Made by a program: the position numbers and the translations under genes
Shown: in pieces, positions 19,229 through 27,868 of the stretch
Position numbering within the stretch: position 1 is the first letter of the stretch
Layout of the letters: each line of letters starts with the position of its first letter
Assembly (NCBI GenBank): GCA_965601925.1
Contig: OZ271854.1
Coordinates: forward strand, 4,256,001-4,320,000
Length of the DNA stretch: 64,000 nucleotides
Origin: Alkalispirochaeta sp.
GTDB lineage: Bacteria; Spirochaetota; Spirochaetia; DSM-27196; Alkalispirochaetaceae
Direction: 5' to 3'
The notes under the pieces: generated by a model
What the model saw: the letters and a program-made list of their open reading frames with translations, nothing else
Told to the model about the DNA's origin: nothing
Databases searched by the model: none

Positions 19229-19301
19229 CTCCCCCGGCTGGACTCGAACCAACGACCTAGTGGTTAACAGCCACCCGCTCTACCAACTGAGCTACAGGGG
19301 A
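19229..19301 (-). tRNA. tRNA-Asn (GTT)
   Basis: TCCCCTG/CGGGGGA acceptor, TAGCTCAGTTGGTAGAGC D arm, CT-GTT-AA loop, GGTTCGAGTCC T arm; no encoded CCA. Confidence 0.97.
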
Positions 19302-19319
19302 TCGTCTGAATTGGAGCGT

Positions 19320-19348
19320 AGTGTACGAATATGCGAGAGACATGTCAA
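19320..19348 (-). promoter_or_regulatory. sigma70 promoter of tRNA-Asn
   Basis: TTGACA-N17-TACACT on minus strand, 18 nt upstream of the tRNA. Confidence 0.8.
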
Positions 19349-19363
19349 GACGATGCTCGTAAG

Positions 19364-19717
19364 TCACTGCACCTCAAATGGGTGCATCTCAATGCCGACA
19401 CTGCCCTTCCGGACCGACACCTCGACGAGTTGAACCGTCTCTCCGTCCTCGGTCACAATGCGACTGAGATCGCCGACACGCACGACATCTTCCATCTTGA
19501 ACTCATAAAAGTGCGACGCGTCCTCCATGGGCTTGGTGATGAGCAAGAACTTCTTATGGTCGTACGGGTGCTTACGCACCGCTCCGCGAAAGCGAGTCGC
19601 CTCGGCGCCGAGATCGCTCTCGTAGTTGTATCGAACTATTTCGTTCAGAGCCGCCGTCGTTAAGTAGTTCTGAGACACCATATCGAAATTGTACGTGCTG
19701 TCTTCGGGCGATGTCAA
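19364..19717 (-). CDS. Conserved hypothetical protein
   Basis: Protein-like ORF (RKHPYD...FYEFK...VRKGSVG), start overlaps mscS stop; true start may be later. Confidence 0.7.
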   Translation of the reverse strand: MTSPEDSTYNFDMVSQNYLTTAALNEIVRYNYESDLGAEATRFRGAVRKHPYDHKKFLLITKPMEDASHFYEFKMEDVVRVGDLSRIVTEDGETVQLVEVSVRKGSVGIEMHPFEVQ

Positions 19718-20577
19718 TTCACGATTCCACGACTCTGCGTCAACCGAGCACCGTCGTCCGACGCTTCACCGGTGGCAACTTCAATTGCCCGCGTTCTAAT
19801 CGGAATCGAACGTTCAGAGAAGACGCGTTGGACCGCGTCGACGATCTCGTTCCGTGCATTCACATAGTGTTGTCGTTCAAACCATACCCCAAGAAGAACC
19901 CGTGATCCGTTTTCCACAAACTCTTTGAAGAGCACAAACGGTTCCGGTTCCTCCAACACAAAATCACAGGAGTCCGCCGCATCGCGGAGGGCGGTGCATA
20001 CGGTCGAAACGCGCTGCTGGACCGGGGTCGTTACGATGATATCCATTCGCCGTATCGGAAAGCGTGTAATGTTAACGATCGTCTGTTCGATGAGTTGCTG
20101 GTTCGGCACGCGAATGAATACGTTGTCAAAGGTTTTTATCTTTATCGAAAGGAGATCGATCGAGAAAATCGTTCCGGTTTGGGTGCCGATGCGCACCACA
20201 TCGCCGATCTCGAAGAAGTTCTCCGAAACGAGAAATAGCCCACTGATAATATTGCTGAGACTCGCCTGGCTGGCGATACCGACGGCGATACCGACTACCC
20301 CCGCGGCACCCAACAGGGCGCCGACACTCACGCCCGCCGCGTTGAGTACGAGGATCAAAATAAGCACGACGCCGGAATAAAGGAGCGTCTTACGTAAAAG
20401 TTCGCGACTCTGATCTCGCAGCCCTTTTCCGAATGTTCGAAGAACGGCCTTGATGAATAGGCGCAAGACCAACACCCCTACGACGAGAATCAGCAGCGCG
20501 ACGACGAGTTCCTCCCAACTCGGGAGCCATTCAATCGAGACATCGCCTAACCTTTGGATGAGGTTTCGCACGGCCAT
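19714..20577 (-). CDS. mscS: Small-conductance mechanosensitive channel
   Basis: 3 TM helices, GAAGVVGIAVGIASQ..LSN.ISG, GD.V, IPN-like VPN motif. Confidence 0.92.
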   Translation of the reverse strand: MAVRNLIQRLGDVSIEWLPSWEELVVALLILVVGVLVLRLFIKAVLRTFGKGLRDQSRELLRKTLLYSGVVLILILVLNAAGVSVGALLGAAGVVGIAVGIASQASLSNIISGLFLVSENFFEIGDVVRIGTQTGTIFSIDLLSIKIKTFDNVFIRVPNQQLIEQTIVNITRFPIRRMDIIVTTPVQQRVSTVCTALRDAADSCDFVLEEPEPFVLFKEFVENGSRVLLGVWFERQHYVNARNEIVDAVQRVFSERSIPIRTRAIEVATGEASDDGARLTQSRGIVN

Positions 20578-20579
20578 AG

Positions 20580-21326
20580 CTATCCGGCCAGACTCTTCAA
20601 CCAGAGAAAGCTCTTCCGAATAATATCCGACCCGGCGGGAACGCGGCTCGTCGAAACGAGCTCGCCCCCCCGGGAAAGAACCTCCCGGCCGGATTCGAAC
20701 GAGATCTGACTCAACTGTTCACGCCCTTTGAAGGTTACCGTGACGCCGTTGGACTCAATACAATCCTCGAAACGATACAGATCGTGGTGTACGACGCGCA
20801 GAAGGAAACGCTCAAACCACAGCACCGAATCCGAACTATTGCGAATCGTCACCGGCACGACGTATTGGTGGCGTTGATACGATTCTCGCGACTGAGGCTC
20901 GAATCGGCGTACGTAGGCGATCTCTCCTCCGTCGACCGCACCGAACCACGTACGTTTCAGGATCCGGCTCGGCACGTCAAAGAGCGTCTCCTGCGTCCCT
21001 TCACACCCGGGGTCGATCTTTGTAACTCGTATCCACAAGGGTAACAGTACGCGGTATTGGACGACTTCCCCGCATGAAAGAGCGACCGGGTTCGAGGGTC
21101 TCAAAACGATCGGTAGATCCGGTGTCGCCGGCTCCAGACGCAGAGTTCCTCGTGTACCGACGTGTGCGTCGTGCCACCCCACGCTCCGAGCCCACACGGC
21201 GCTTTCGCCGTCGAGGTGCATCCGATAGATATCACCCGAACGGATTACACGCAGTGATAGGCCGCCGATCGAGCGCGATACCTCGGCCCCTTCTTCGATA
21301 TCAAGCTCGCCCCACTTATAGTCCAT
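20580..21326 (-). CDS. Hypothetical protein, DUF432-like
   Basis: ATG at 21326 (longer ORF runs through the tRNA); P..PD.P...RP and TWFG...GE..Y motifs; located next to mscS as recalled for DUF432. Confidence 0.65.
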   Translation of the reverse strand: MDYKWGELDIEEGAEVSRSIGGLSLRVIRSGDIYRMHLDGESAVWARSVGWHDAHVGTRGTLRLEPATPDLPIVLRPSNPVALSCGEVVQYRVLLPLWIRVTKIDPGCEGTQETLFDVPSRILKRTWFGAVDGGEIAYVRRFEPQSRESYQRHQYVVPVTIRNSSDSVLWFERFLLRVVHHDLYRFEDCIESNGVTVTFKGREQLSQISFESGREVLSRGGELVSTSRVPAGSDIIRKSFLWLKSLAG

Positions 21327-21330
21327 GGCA

Positions 21331-21375
21331 TAAAAAAAGCCCGTCCGGCGCACTTTTGCGAAAACGCCGTCGGGC
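21331..21375 (-). terminator. Probable terminator after tRNA-Val
   Basis: GCCCGACGGCG...CGCCGGACGGGC followed by T7 on minus strand. Confidence 0.65.
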
Positions 21376-21383
21376 GCTGACAT

Positions 21384-21457
21384 TGGGCGGTGGCAGATTT
21401 GAACTGCCGACCCCATGCATGTCAAGCATGTACTCTAACCAACTGAGCTAACCGCCC
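21384..21457 (-). tRNA. tRNA-Val (GAC)
   Basis: GGGCGGT/ACCGCCC acceptor, CATGC-TT-GAC-AT-GCATG anticodon arm, GTTCAAATC T loop. Confidence 0.97.
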
Positions 21458-21459
21458 CA

Positions 21460-21894
21460 TTACGCTAAGGAAGAAACGACCCGTTCGAGCACCTTCTTCC
21501 GGTCGAGAGGCTTGACTATATAGTTTTTTGCGCCGAGGAGCAAGGACTTTTTCACAAGATCCTGTTTGCCGAGGGCGCTGATCATGACGACCCGAGCATC
21601 CTTATCAAACTCTATGATCTTCTCGAGAGCCGATACGCCGTCCAGCTTCGGCATAGTGATGTCCATCGTTACCAGATCGACGTTCGGATACAACTCTTTG
21701 TACTTTTCCAGCCCCTCTTGACCGTCCCCCGCGGTCCCGACTACCTCGAATCCCTCGGAGGTCAAAATTTGACCGATCTGTTTGGTCACGAACATCGAAT
21801 CGTCTACGACAAGGACGCGATAGGGCGTACCGTCGGGCTTGGTACCTTGAGCCGGCCGTTCGTTAATACTGGGAAAGTCCTGTTTCGTCTTCAT
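21460..21894 (-). CDS. cheY: Chemotaxis response regulator CheY
   Basis: VVDDS, MDITMP, ISA, KP; spirochaete-type N-terminal extension. Confidence 0.95.
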   Translation of the reverse strand: MKTKQDFPSINERPAQGTKPDGTPYRVLVVDDSMFVTKQIGQILTSEGFEVVGTAGDGQEGLEKYKELYPNVDLVTMDITMPKLDGVSALEKIIEFDKDARVVMISALGKQDLVKKSLLLGAKNYIVKPLDRKKVLERVVSSLA

Positions 21895-21899
21895 ACTGA

Positions 21900-22376
21900 T
21901 CAGGTCCTCTCGCGAATAGCGACGTTAATCTCAATCTTACCCATCGGTATCTCCATCGGAACGATGAGCGCCTCAAAGTTGGGGTCTGAAACCTCCATAT
22001 CGATGCCGGAAAAAATGGCCGGCGGCGTAAGATCGAACTTAAATCCCACGTTGTGGAGCTTGGTCACCGCCTGCCCGGTAATCATATTCGCGAGCTCGGT
22101 GAGAGTCGCCCGTGCCATCTCATTCAGATCGGTCACGGGTTCCATGTCCATACTCGTCAGCATACCCGATGCGACGGCGATACCGGTCTCACGCGTCATA
22201 TCAAATAGCACACGCCCTTCGACGTCGCCGGCGAGACCGACGAGCATCGCGACGCCCAGCATGGGCATCGCTGCGTTTTTCAGGTACAGCTCACCGCGAT
22301 TTACCTCGACTTGCAGAGACTCGGTAAGAATGTTGTAGGCAGATTCAACAAACGGATTGATGTATTCGACTCGCAT
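21900..22376 (-). CDS. cheX: CheY-P phosphatase CheX
   Basis: MRVEYINPF start, ELANMITG (ExxN). Confidence 0.95.
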   Translation of the reverse strand: MRVEYINPFVESAYNILTESLQVEVNRGELYLKNAAMPMLGVAMLVGLAGDVEGRVLFDMTRETGIAVASGMLTSMDMEPVTDLNEMARATLTELANMITGQAVTKLHNVGFKFDLTPPAIFSGIDMEVSDPNFEALIVPMEIPMGKIEINVAIRERT

Positions 22377-22387
22377 TCCGACGACTC

Positions 22388-23758
22388 CTAACGGCGGCGA
22401 TACACGCTGAGCGCGTCACCGGTAATTTCTTCCCACGCTGAGATATCCGTTACCCGCTCGTTATCACCGAGCATCAGAATCCCACCGGGTTTCAACGTTT
22501 CCTCGAAGTTTTCAACGATCTTTCGTTGTACACCATCACTATGAAATGATAATAGATCACGCGCGACAATCAAATCCATCTTCGGCATTCCGGCGGAGTT
22601 CAAGACATCGCTAAACTCGAACAAAACAGCCTCTTTTATCGACGACACGAACGTGTGTCCGTTTCGTCCCTCGACGATCAAATCCCGCCACTCCTCGGGC
22701 ACGTCCCCGGGTGAAAAGACGAGATTCGGGGCGGTTGAAATCTTCATGAGGTCTTTATCACCCGCCCAGATCTTTACCTGTCGGTCCGGAAAATGCTTCT
22801 TGATCGCTGAGGCGAGCGAATAGCTCTCATGGCCGTCGCCGCAGCCGGGATTCCAGACGTGGATAATGCCCGAGGTCGGCTCAGGCACGACCGACAGGAA
22901 CTCGCGCACATACTCCTTTTGCCAAAACGCACCGGTATACGCGGAGAAGAACGATTTGAGGAACACGGCCGCGTCGTCGCCCTCGCTGAGTTGAACTTCC
23001 TCGCCGCGAGACGACCGCTCCTCGATCCACCGATCCATGCGCTTGTCGAACCACTCGGTGTTAATCGGCGTAACGTGAAAATCCGCAAAAGCCTTGAGAC
23101 CGTCGGCGACAAATGTCTTTTGGATCGATGACTCGTCACGGAGAACCCGCTCGGGCTCAACCTCTCTCAAGGGCGCCGTCGGAGACGCCGTCTCGATCGG
23201 CGCCTGTACCTCGCGAGCGACGTTTTTACGCGCCTCGTCTTCGTCGGCCTCCCGGCTGAAGATGCTGTCGGCGTCGAGAATGATATACAGCCGATTGTCG
23301 TGCTCGGCAACGCCGCTGATGTATTTCACGTTGATGTCGCCGAAGATCGGATGCGGAGGTTGTACCTGGGACGATGCAATTCCCACGACCTTGTCGATCG
23401 AGTCTACGATCACACCGATGAGATTGTTTTCAAGTCGTAGTATGAGCCCGTTTTCCGCATCACCTTCCCGCTTCTGCTCTGCAGCCAAATTGAACATGAG
23501 ACGCAAATCGATGACGGATATGATATCGCCGCGAAGGTTATACACCCCACGGACAAACGGAGCCGTGTTGGGGACGTAGGTAAACTGAGTGAATTTTGCG
23601 ATTTCCTTCACGCGCATGATGTCGATCCCGTAGTCCTTCCCGCCCAAGGAGAAAGTAACCATCTTGAAATCGACAATTTCCTGTTGTCGCGTTTGGTCTT
23701 CCTGAGCCGGATCCCGTACTGCCGCACCTTGCATCGTCTGTGTATCCACGCCTGACAT
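22388..23758 (-). CDS. cheW: CheW with C-terminal CheR-like domain
   Basis: YGIDIM.VKEI, GVYNLRG CheW; WNPGCGDGHESYS and DLIVARD CheR-like. Confidence 0.9.
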   Translation of the reverse strand: MSGVDTQTMQGAAVRDPAQEDQTRQQEIVDFKMVTFSLGGKDYGIDIMRVKEIAKFTQFTYVPNTAPFVRGVYNLRGDIISVIDLRLMFNLAAEQKREGDAENGLILRLENNLIGVIVDSIDKVVGIASSQVQPPHPIFGDINVKYISGVAEHDNRLYIILDADSIFSREADEDEARKNVAREVQAPIETASPTAPLREVEPERVLRDESSIQKTFVADGLKAFADFHVTPINTEWFDKRMDRWIEERSSRGEEVQLSEGDDAAVFLKSFFSAYTGAFWQKEYVREFLSVVPEPTSGIIHVWNPGCGDGHESYSLASAIKKHFPDRQVKIWAGDKDLMKISTAPNLVFSPGDVPEEWRDLIVEGRNGHTFVSSIKEAVLFEFSDVLNSAGMPKMDLIVARDLLSFHSDGVQRKIVENFEETLKPGGILMLGDNERVTDISAWEEITGDALSVYRRR

Positions 23759-23772
23759 GCATTACTCCTCGA

Positions 23773-26205
23773 TTAGGAACCGATCGTCATTTCACGCTTT
23801 GCTCGCTCTTCCTTCTCGCGACGAAGGCCGAGTTCGAGCAGTTGACTGACATCGATGATGAGGGACACCTTACCGTCGCCGGTTATATTAGCCCCCGCAA
23901 TACCCGGAGAGTTGGTGAAATGGTCCCTCAAGGGTTTTATGACCACATCCTCCTCCCCGATGAGAGAGTCGACGATAAGCCCCATCTTTCGTTCGCTCGT
24001 CCCTACAATGACTACGTAGTGGTGATCCGGGGTTTCGTTAGTAGGTATGCGGAACAGGCGGCTCAGGCGGATGAGAGACACCACGTCGTCGCGAACGTTG
24101 AATACCTCGTAGTTATCGATCATCTTGATCTCTTCGGGCTTAATACGGTGGCTATCGATAACGGAGGTGATGGGTATGGCGTACATCTCTTTACCGACTT
24201 TTACCAGCAGTCCCTGGATGATCGCCAATGTGAGCGGGATCTTGATCGTGAAACGCGTCCCGACGCCCTTCTCGGACCATACGGTAACCGTACCGTTGAG
24301 CTTTTCGATTTGCCGCTTCACGACATCCAGTCCGACGCCGCGTCCCGATACATTGGTAACCTTGTGGGCGGTCGAGAAACCGGGATCAAAAATGAGGTTG
24401 AAAGCCTCTACATCGGAGAGCTGCTTACTGGGATGTATTATTCCTCGATCGATTCCCTTTGCACGTACCGCCTCCACGTCGATGCCTTTTCCGTCGTCGG
24501 CAATCTCGATCAGGATCATGTTGCCTTCGTTACTGGCCCGTAAGTGGACGGTTCCCGCTTCGGGCTTTCCGGCCTCGGCACGCGTCGCCGGGTCCTCTAT
24601 GCCGTGGTCGATGCTGTTGCGCACACAGTGAATCAACGGGTCGAGGAGATCCTCTATAACCGACTTGTCGAGTTCGGTCTCTTCACCCTCAATCTCGAGG
24701 GTTATCTTCTTCTTGAGGGATCGCGAAAGATCTCTCACGAGCCGCGGAAAGCGCGAGAATATCTGCGAAATCGGCACCATGCGAATCCGCATAACCCCTT
24801 CCTGAAGCTCGCTGGCGATCCTTCCCAAATTCTGTGCCGTATTACGGAACTTCGCGACCGTTCCCTTGAGATCGCCGTGGAAGCCGTCGAAGAGCGCCGG
24901 GAGATCGCCAAAGCGCTCGTTTATCTGCTTGCGGACGTTCTTGGCCGATTCGCCCCTCTGTATCTCCTGTAGATACTCCGGCAGACTATCGAAGAGCTCT
25001 TTCAGCGTCTCGCGATATTGGCCCTCAATCGTCTGGAAACTGGAGAGGTTGTCGCCGAAACCGTTGCTGATCTGGTTGAAGCTGGCTTTATTGATGACCG
25101 TCTCGCTGACGAGATTGAGAAGATTGTCGATACGTCTACTATCGACTCGCAGGACGGAACCGGCCTGCGCATTCGAACGCTTCTGCTCGGCTCGCCCTCG
25201 TTCGCCGCTTCGATCGTCTCCGTCGGCACCGTGTTCGTCGTCGTCGCCGTTCCCGGCGGCGGGCTCTCCGCCGGCGGCGAGGGCCTCCATGGCCGGTTTC
25301 TCCCGAACCTTCGAATCCTCGCGGTCCACCGGCGAAACCGGAGCGGATCGCGACTCGGGCTCGCTACGCGCCGCGGTGGGTTGTTCTTTCTTCATCAGTC
25401 CGTCGTCACCGACGGCGGACACGGCGACGGAGGAAGTCACGTCGGAGATTTGTAATCGCGCTTCATGGGCCGTGATGTCTTCTTTGGAGGCAACGTAGTA
25501 GGAGACCTCCGGGTGAAACACATCTTCGTACAACGCTTCGAAGTCGGGTACCGTCTTTAACACGGTGGCAAATTGCTTAATCGCCGCAAACAGCTGAATG
25601 CCGCCCACAGTGTTCATGGGGTTGTCTTCGCGAAACCGTACCGCAACCTCGAATATCTTTTCATCCGGTCCCGCAGCCTCGCGTAGCTCGAGCAGTTCGT
25701 ACTCGGTCAACATCCGCGTGCCGGAATCGGACGCGGCCGCCCGCGGTTTCTCTTTCTTCGGCGTCGGTGCGTCGTCCGACGTAACATCAGACGTTTTCTG
25801 CTTGGTACCGCCGCCGAGTATCGCTTTCAACGCGGCTGCAACCTCACTCGTATCTTCGGAGTAAATCGAGCCGTTCTGACGCTCCGTGAGCATACCTTTG
25901 ACGACGTCGATCGACGTCAATAGGGTATCGACCGTTCCCTCGCTGATCGAGGCGCGACCCGCCCGGATCTCGTCGAGCGCATCCTCTACCAAGTGAGTGA
26001 ACTCCGCGAGCTCGGTCATCTGCACCGTTGCCGCTCCACCCTTCAGGGTGTGGGCGGCACGAAAAATCTCGTCGATCGCGTCGGCGTTTTTCGGATCGTT
26101 CTCGAGCACCAGAATGTTGCTCTCGAGTGTCTCGACCTGCATTTCGGCTTCGACAAAAAAGTCCTTAAGAAGTTCCTCGTTGGCCGGATCAAGATAGTCG
26201 CTCAT
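23773..26205 (-). CDS. cheA: Chemotaxis histidine kinase CheA
   Basis: FRAAHTLKG HPt, RNSIDHG, DDGKG, PGFST, SGRGVGLDVV, C-terminal CheW domain. Confidence 0.97.
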   Translation of the reverse strand: MSDYLDPANEELLKDFFVEAEMQVETLESNILVLENDPKNADAIDEIFRAAHTLKGGAATVQMTELAEFTHLVEDALDEIRAGRASISEGTVDTLLTSIDVVKGMLTERQNGSIYSEDTSEVAAALKAILGGGTKQKTSDVTSDDAPTPKKEKPRAAASDSGTRMLTEYELLELREAAGPDEKIFEVAVRFREDNPMNTVGGIQLFAAIKQFATVLKTVPDFEALYEDVFHPEVSYYVASKEDITAHEARLQISDVTSSVAVSAVGDDGLMKKEQPTAARSEPESRSAPVSPVDREDSKVREKPAMEALAAGGEPAAGNGDDDEHGADGDDRSGERGRAEQKRSNAQAGSVLRVDSRRIDNLLNLVSETVINKASFNQISNGFGDNLSSFQTIEGQYRETLKELFDSLPEYLQEIQRGESAKNVRKQINERFGDLPALFDGFHGDLKGTVAKFRNTAQNLGRIASELQEGVMRIRMVPISQIFSRFPRLVRDLSRSLKKKITLEIEGEETELDKSVIEDLLDPLIHCVRNSIDHGIEDPATRAEAGKPEAGTVHLRASNEGNMILIEIADDGKGIDVEAVRAKGIDRGIIHPSKQLSDVEAFNLIFDPGFSTAHKVTNVSGRGVGLDVVKRQIEKLNGTVTVWSEKGVGTRFTIKIPLTLAIIQGLLVKVGKEMYAIPITSVIDSHRIKPEEIKMIDNYEVFNVRDDVVSLIRLSRLFRIPTNETPDHHYVVIVGTSERKMGLIVDSLIGEEDVVIKPLRDHFTNSPGIAGANITGDGKVSLIIDVSQLLELGLRREKEERAKREMTIGS

Positions 26206-26248
26206 TGCGATTCAATTCTCGTACTTTTACCGGATGGCGTCAAGATAA

Positions 26249-26277
26249 CAAAAAGGCCCTCCGCAATGGAGGGCCTG
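26249..26277 (-). terminator. Terminator between flaA and cheA
   Basis: AGGCCCTCC-ATTGC-GGAGGGCCT followed by T tract on minus strand. Confidence 0.8.
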
Positions 26278-26297
26278 ACGTATTATACGGAAATCGC

Positions 26298-27317
26298 CTA
26301 CGGAGCGTCGGCGCCTTCACCGGGCGTCGCCGCCGGGTCGTGCAGTCTCCGCTGCTCCAAGTAGCGCAACACTTGGATATTACCCAAGTTGCGGAGCTCG
26401 GCCTCGCGGCGGCTGCGCTCCCGTTCTTGAAGAATGCCCCACACCGCCTCGTCGTTGATATCGCGCTCGAGTTGGAGCACGGCGCGGTCGAAGGTCAGCG
26501 AAATATCTTTGAGATACGTGATAAAATCCCCGCCCTGCATCGCCGCATCGCGGTAAATCCTGACGCCGATCAACCGACGCATGGGCGTCAAGTTCGGATA
26601 CAACGGGAAGGTACGGATCTCGCGGTTGCGCACCTCTTCGATGTAGTTGGGGTTGCGCCACTCGAGCGTTCTCCAACCGTCGAAGTTAAGATACCCCATA
26701 AAGATCTCTTGGATTCGGCTGTTTTCATCCTCGAGCACAACGCTCAATCCGTGCGGGAAGTTGAGTCCGTGGACGTTTACCAAAACGGAGCGTAGGACGC
26801 CGACGTTCTTGACGACGCCGATGTTATCAAACTTCTCGCCGCGACCGACATCCTCTTGTTGCACCAAAAGCGTTCCGTCGGCTTGAACGACTTCACGGTC
26901 GGCGTAGGCCGGAATCTCAAAGGGAGGCCGAATGAGCGCCCAGGAGTTGAACGGCTCGGTCGGGAAGTGAATCCGCGCGCCCATTACGGTCTCGTTCGCA
27001 TACTGACTCGCGCCTTCGCGAACCGGTGCGGATCGGACCAGGCTGTTCGAGACGGTGGCTACGTTCCTCGAGGACGACGCCAAATCAACTTCCCACGAAT
27101 CGATGGCCAACGAAATCCGCATCTCGGCTCTCTCTTCGTCCGTGAAACTTGAGCCGGCGGCGATGCTGTAGTCGACCAGCGTTCGCTCGTTGTGGGTCGG
27201 GTTATCAGCGGGAAAATCCGCTGTGAGTTCAGCGAAGTCAATCAGAATCGCCTCTTCGGCGAAGAGGGAACCGACCGACAGCAGTGCGATCATTACGAAA
27301 AGCACGGAACGTCTCAT
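26298..27317 (-). CDS. flaA: Periplasmic flagellar filament outer layer (sheath) protein FlaA
   Basis: Signal peptide, LIDFAEL, GARIHFP, PPFEIPAY, F.GWR.L.W.NPNY; AGGAGA RBS before ATG 27317; upstream of cheA. Confidence 0.93.
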   Translation of the reverse strand: MRRSVLFVMIALLSVGSLFAEEAILIDFAELTADFPADNPTHNERTLVDYSIAAGSSFTDEERAEMRISLAIDSWEVDLASSSRNVATVSNSLVRSAPVREGASQYANETVMGARIHFPTEPFNSWALIRPPFEIPAYADREVVQADGTLLVQQEDVGRGEKFDNIGVVKNVGVLRSVLVNVHGLNFPHGLSVVLEDENSRIQEIFMGYLNFDGWRTLEWRNPNYIEEVRNREIRTFPLYPNLTPMRRLIGVRIYRDAAMQGGDFITYLKDISLTFDRAVLQLERDINDEAVWGILQERERSRREAELRNLGNIQVLRYLEQRRLHDPAATPGEGADAP

Positions 27318-27366
27318 CCATGTCTCCTTTTGCTTTATGCGCATAATTTTCCGGAAGCCTTATTTA

Positions 27367-27407
27367 TTATACTTGACAAAGTATAACGCCGTAGTTTCCT
27401 TTGTCAA
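27367..27407 (-). promoter_or_regulatory. sigma70 promoter of flaA with overlapping perfect inverted repeat
   Basis: TTGACA(27402-27407)-N16-TATACT(27380-27385); TTATACTT-N4-AAGTATAA 27367-27386. Confidence 0.7.
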
Positions 27408-27868
27408 CGACCAAGATTCCCGAAACGCGGCGCGTTCGGTTCCTGTCCGTTGATTGTTATCGTGACATCTCGAAGCCAACGAAAGTTGTGCATCACATTG
27501 TATTTGAGAAGATCGAGCAGATCTTCGATGTTCTCCTCGGCAAACATGATCGACGGATCGAAATCAACGAAAAGCCGTCGGTCGTCGGTCACCACGACGC
27601 TACGGATCTCGGCGTTTTGCGGTATGAACGGCACCGCTCCGAGGCGTACCGGACCGAGAATCAACTCCTCGATAAAGAGATGGATCTGATCGCGCCGCGT
27701 ATCTCTGGCGGGAAGATGGTGCCACTCACTGTGCAACGCTCCACCGGCGGTATCGGGGAATCGCAACAGTCGTCGTTGCGATCTCTGGGGCACGAATAAA
27801 AACAAAAGCAAGCTTATGACCAAACTTGCGGCGAGTACTGAAGACACAATAACGGCCCGATTATTCAC
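27404..27868 (-). CDS. GerMN-like domain membrane protein
   Basis: N-terminal TM, EELILGP, ends VTITING; follows amidase. Confidence 0.7.
   Translation of the reverse strand: MNNRAVIVSSVLAASLVISLLLFLFVPQRSQRRLLRFPDTAGGALHSEWHHLPARDTRRDQIHLFIEELILGPVRLGAVPFIPQNAEIRSVVVTDDRRLFVDFDPSIMFAEENIEDLLDLLKYNVMHNFRWLRDVTITINGQEPNAPRFGNLGR

Noticed and set aside
19001..19246. CRISPR-like repeat-spacer-repeat
   Set aside because: Only two 75-bp repeats, derived from the tRNA end; no cas genes
21327..21425. N-terminal extension of the 20580..21425 ORF
   Set aside because: Runs through tRNA-Val and its terminator
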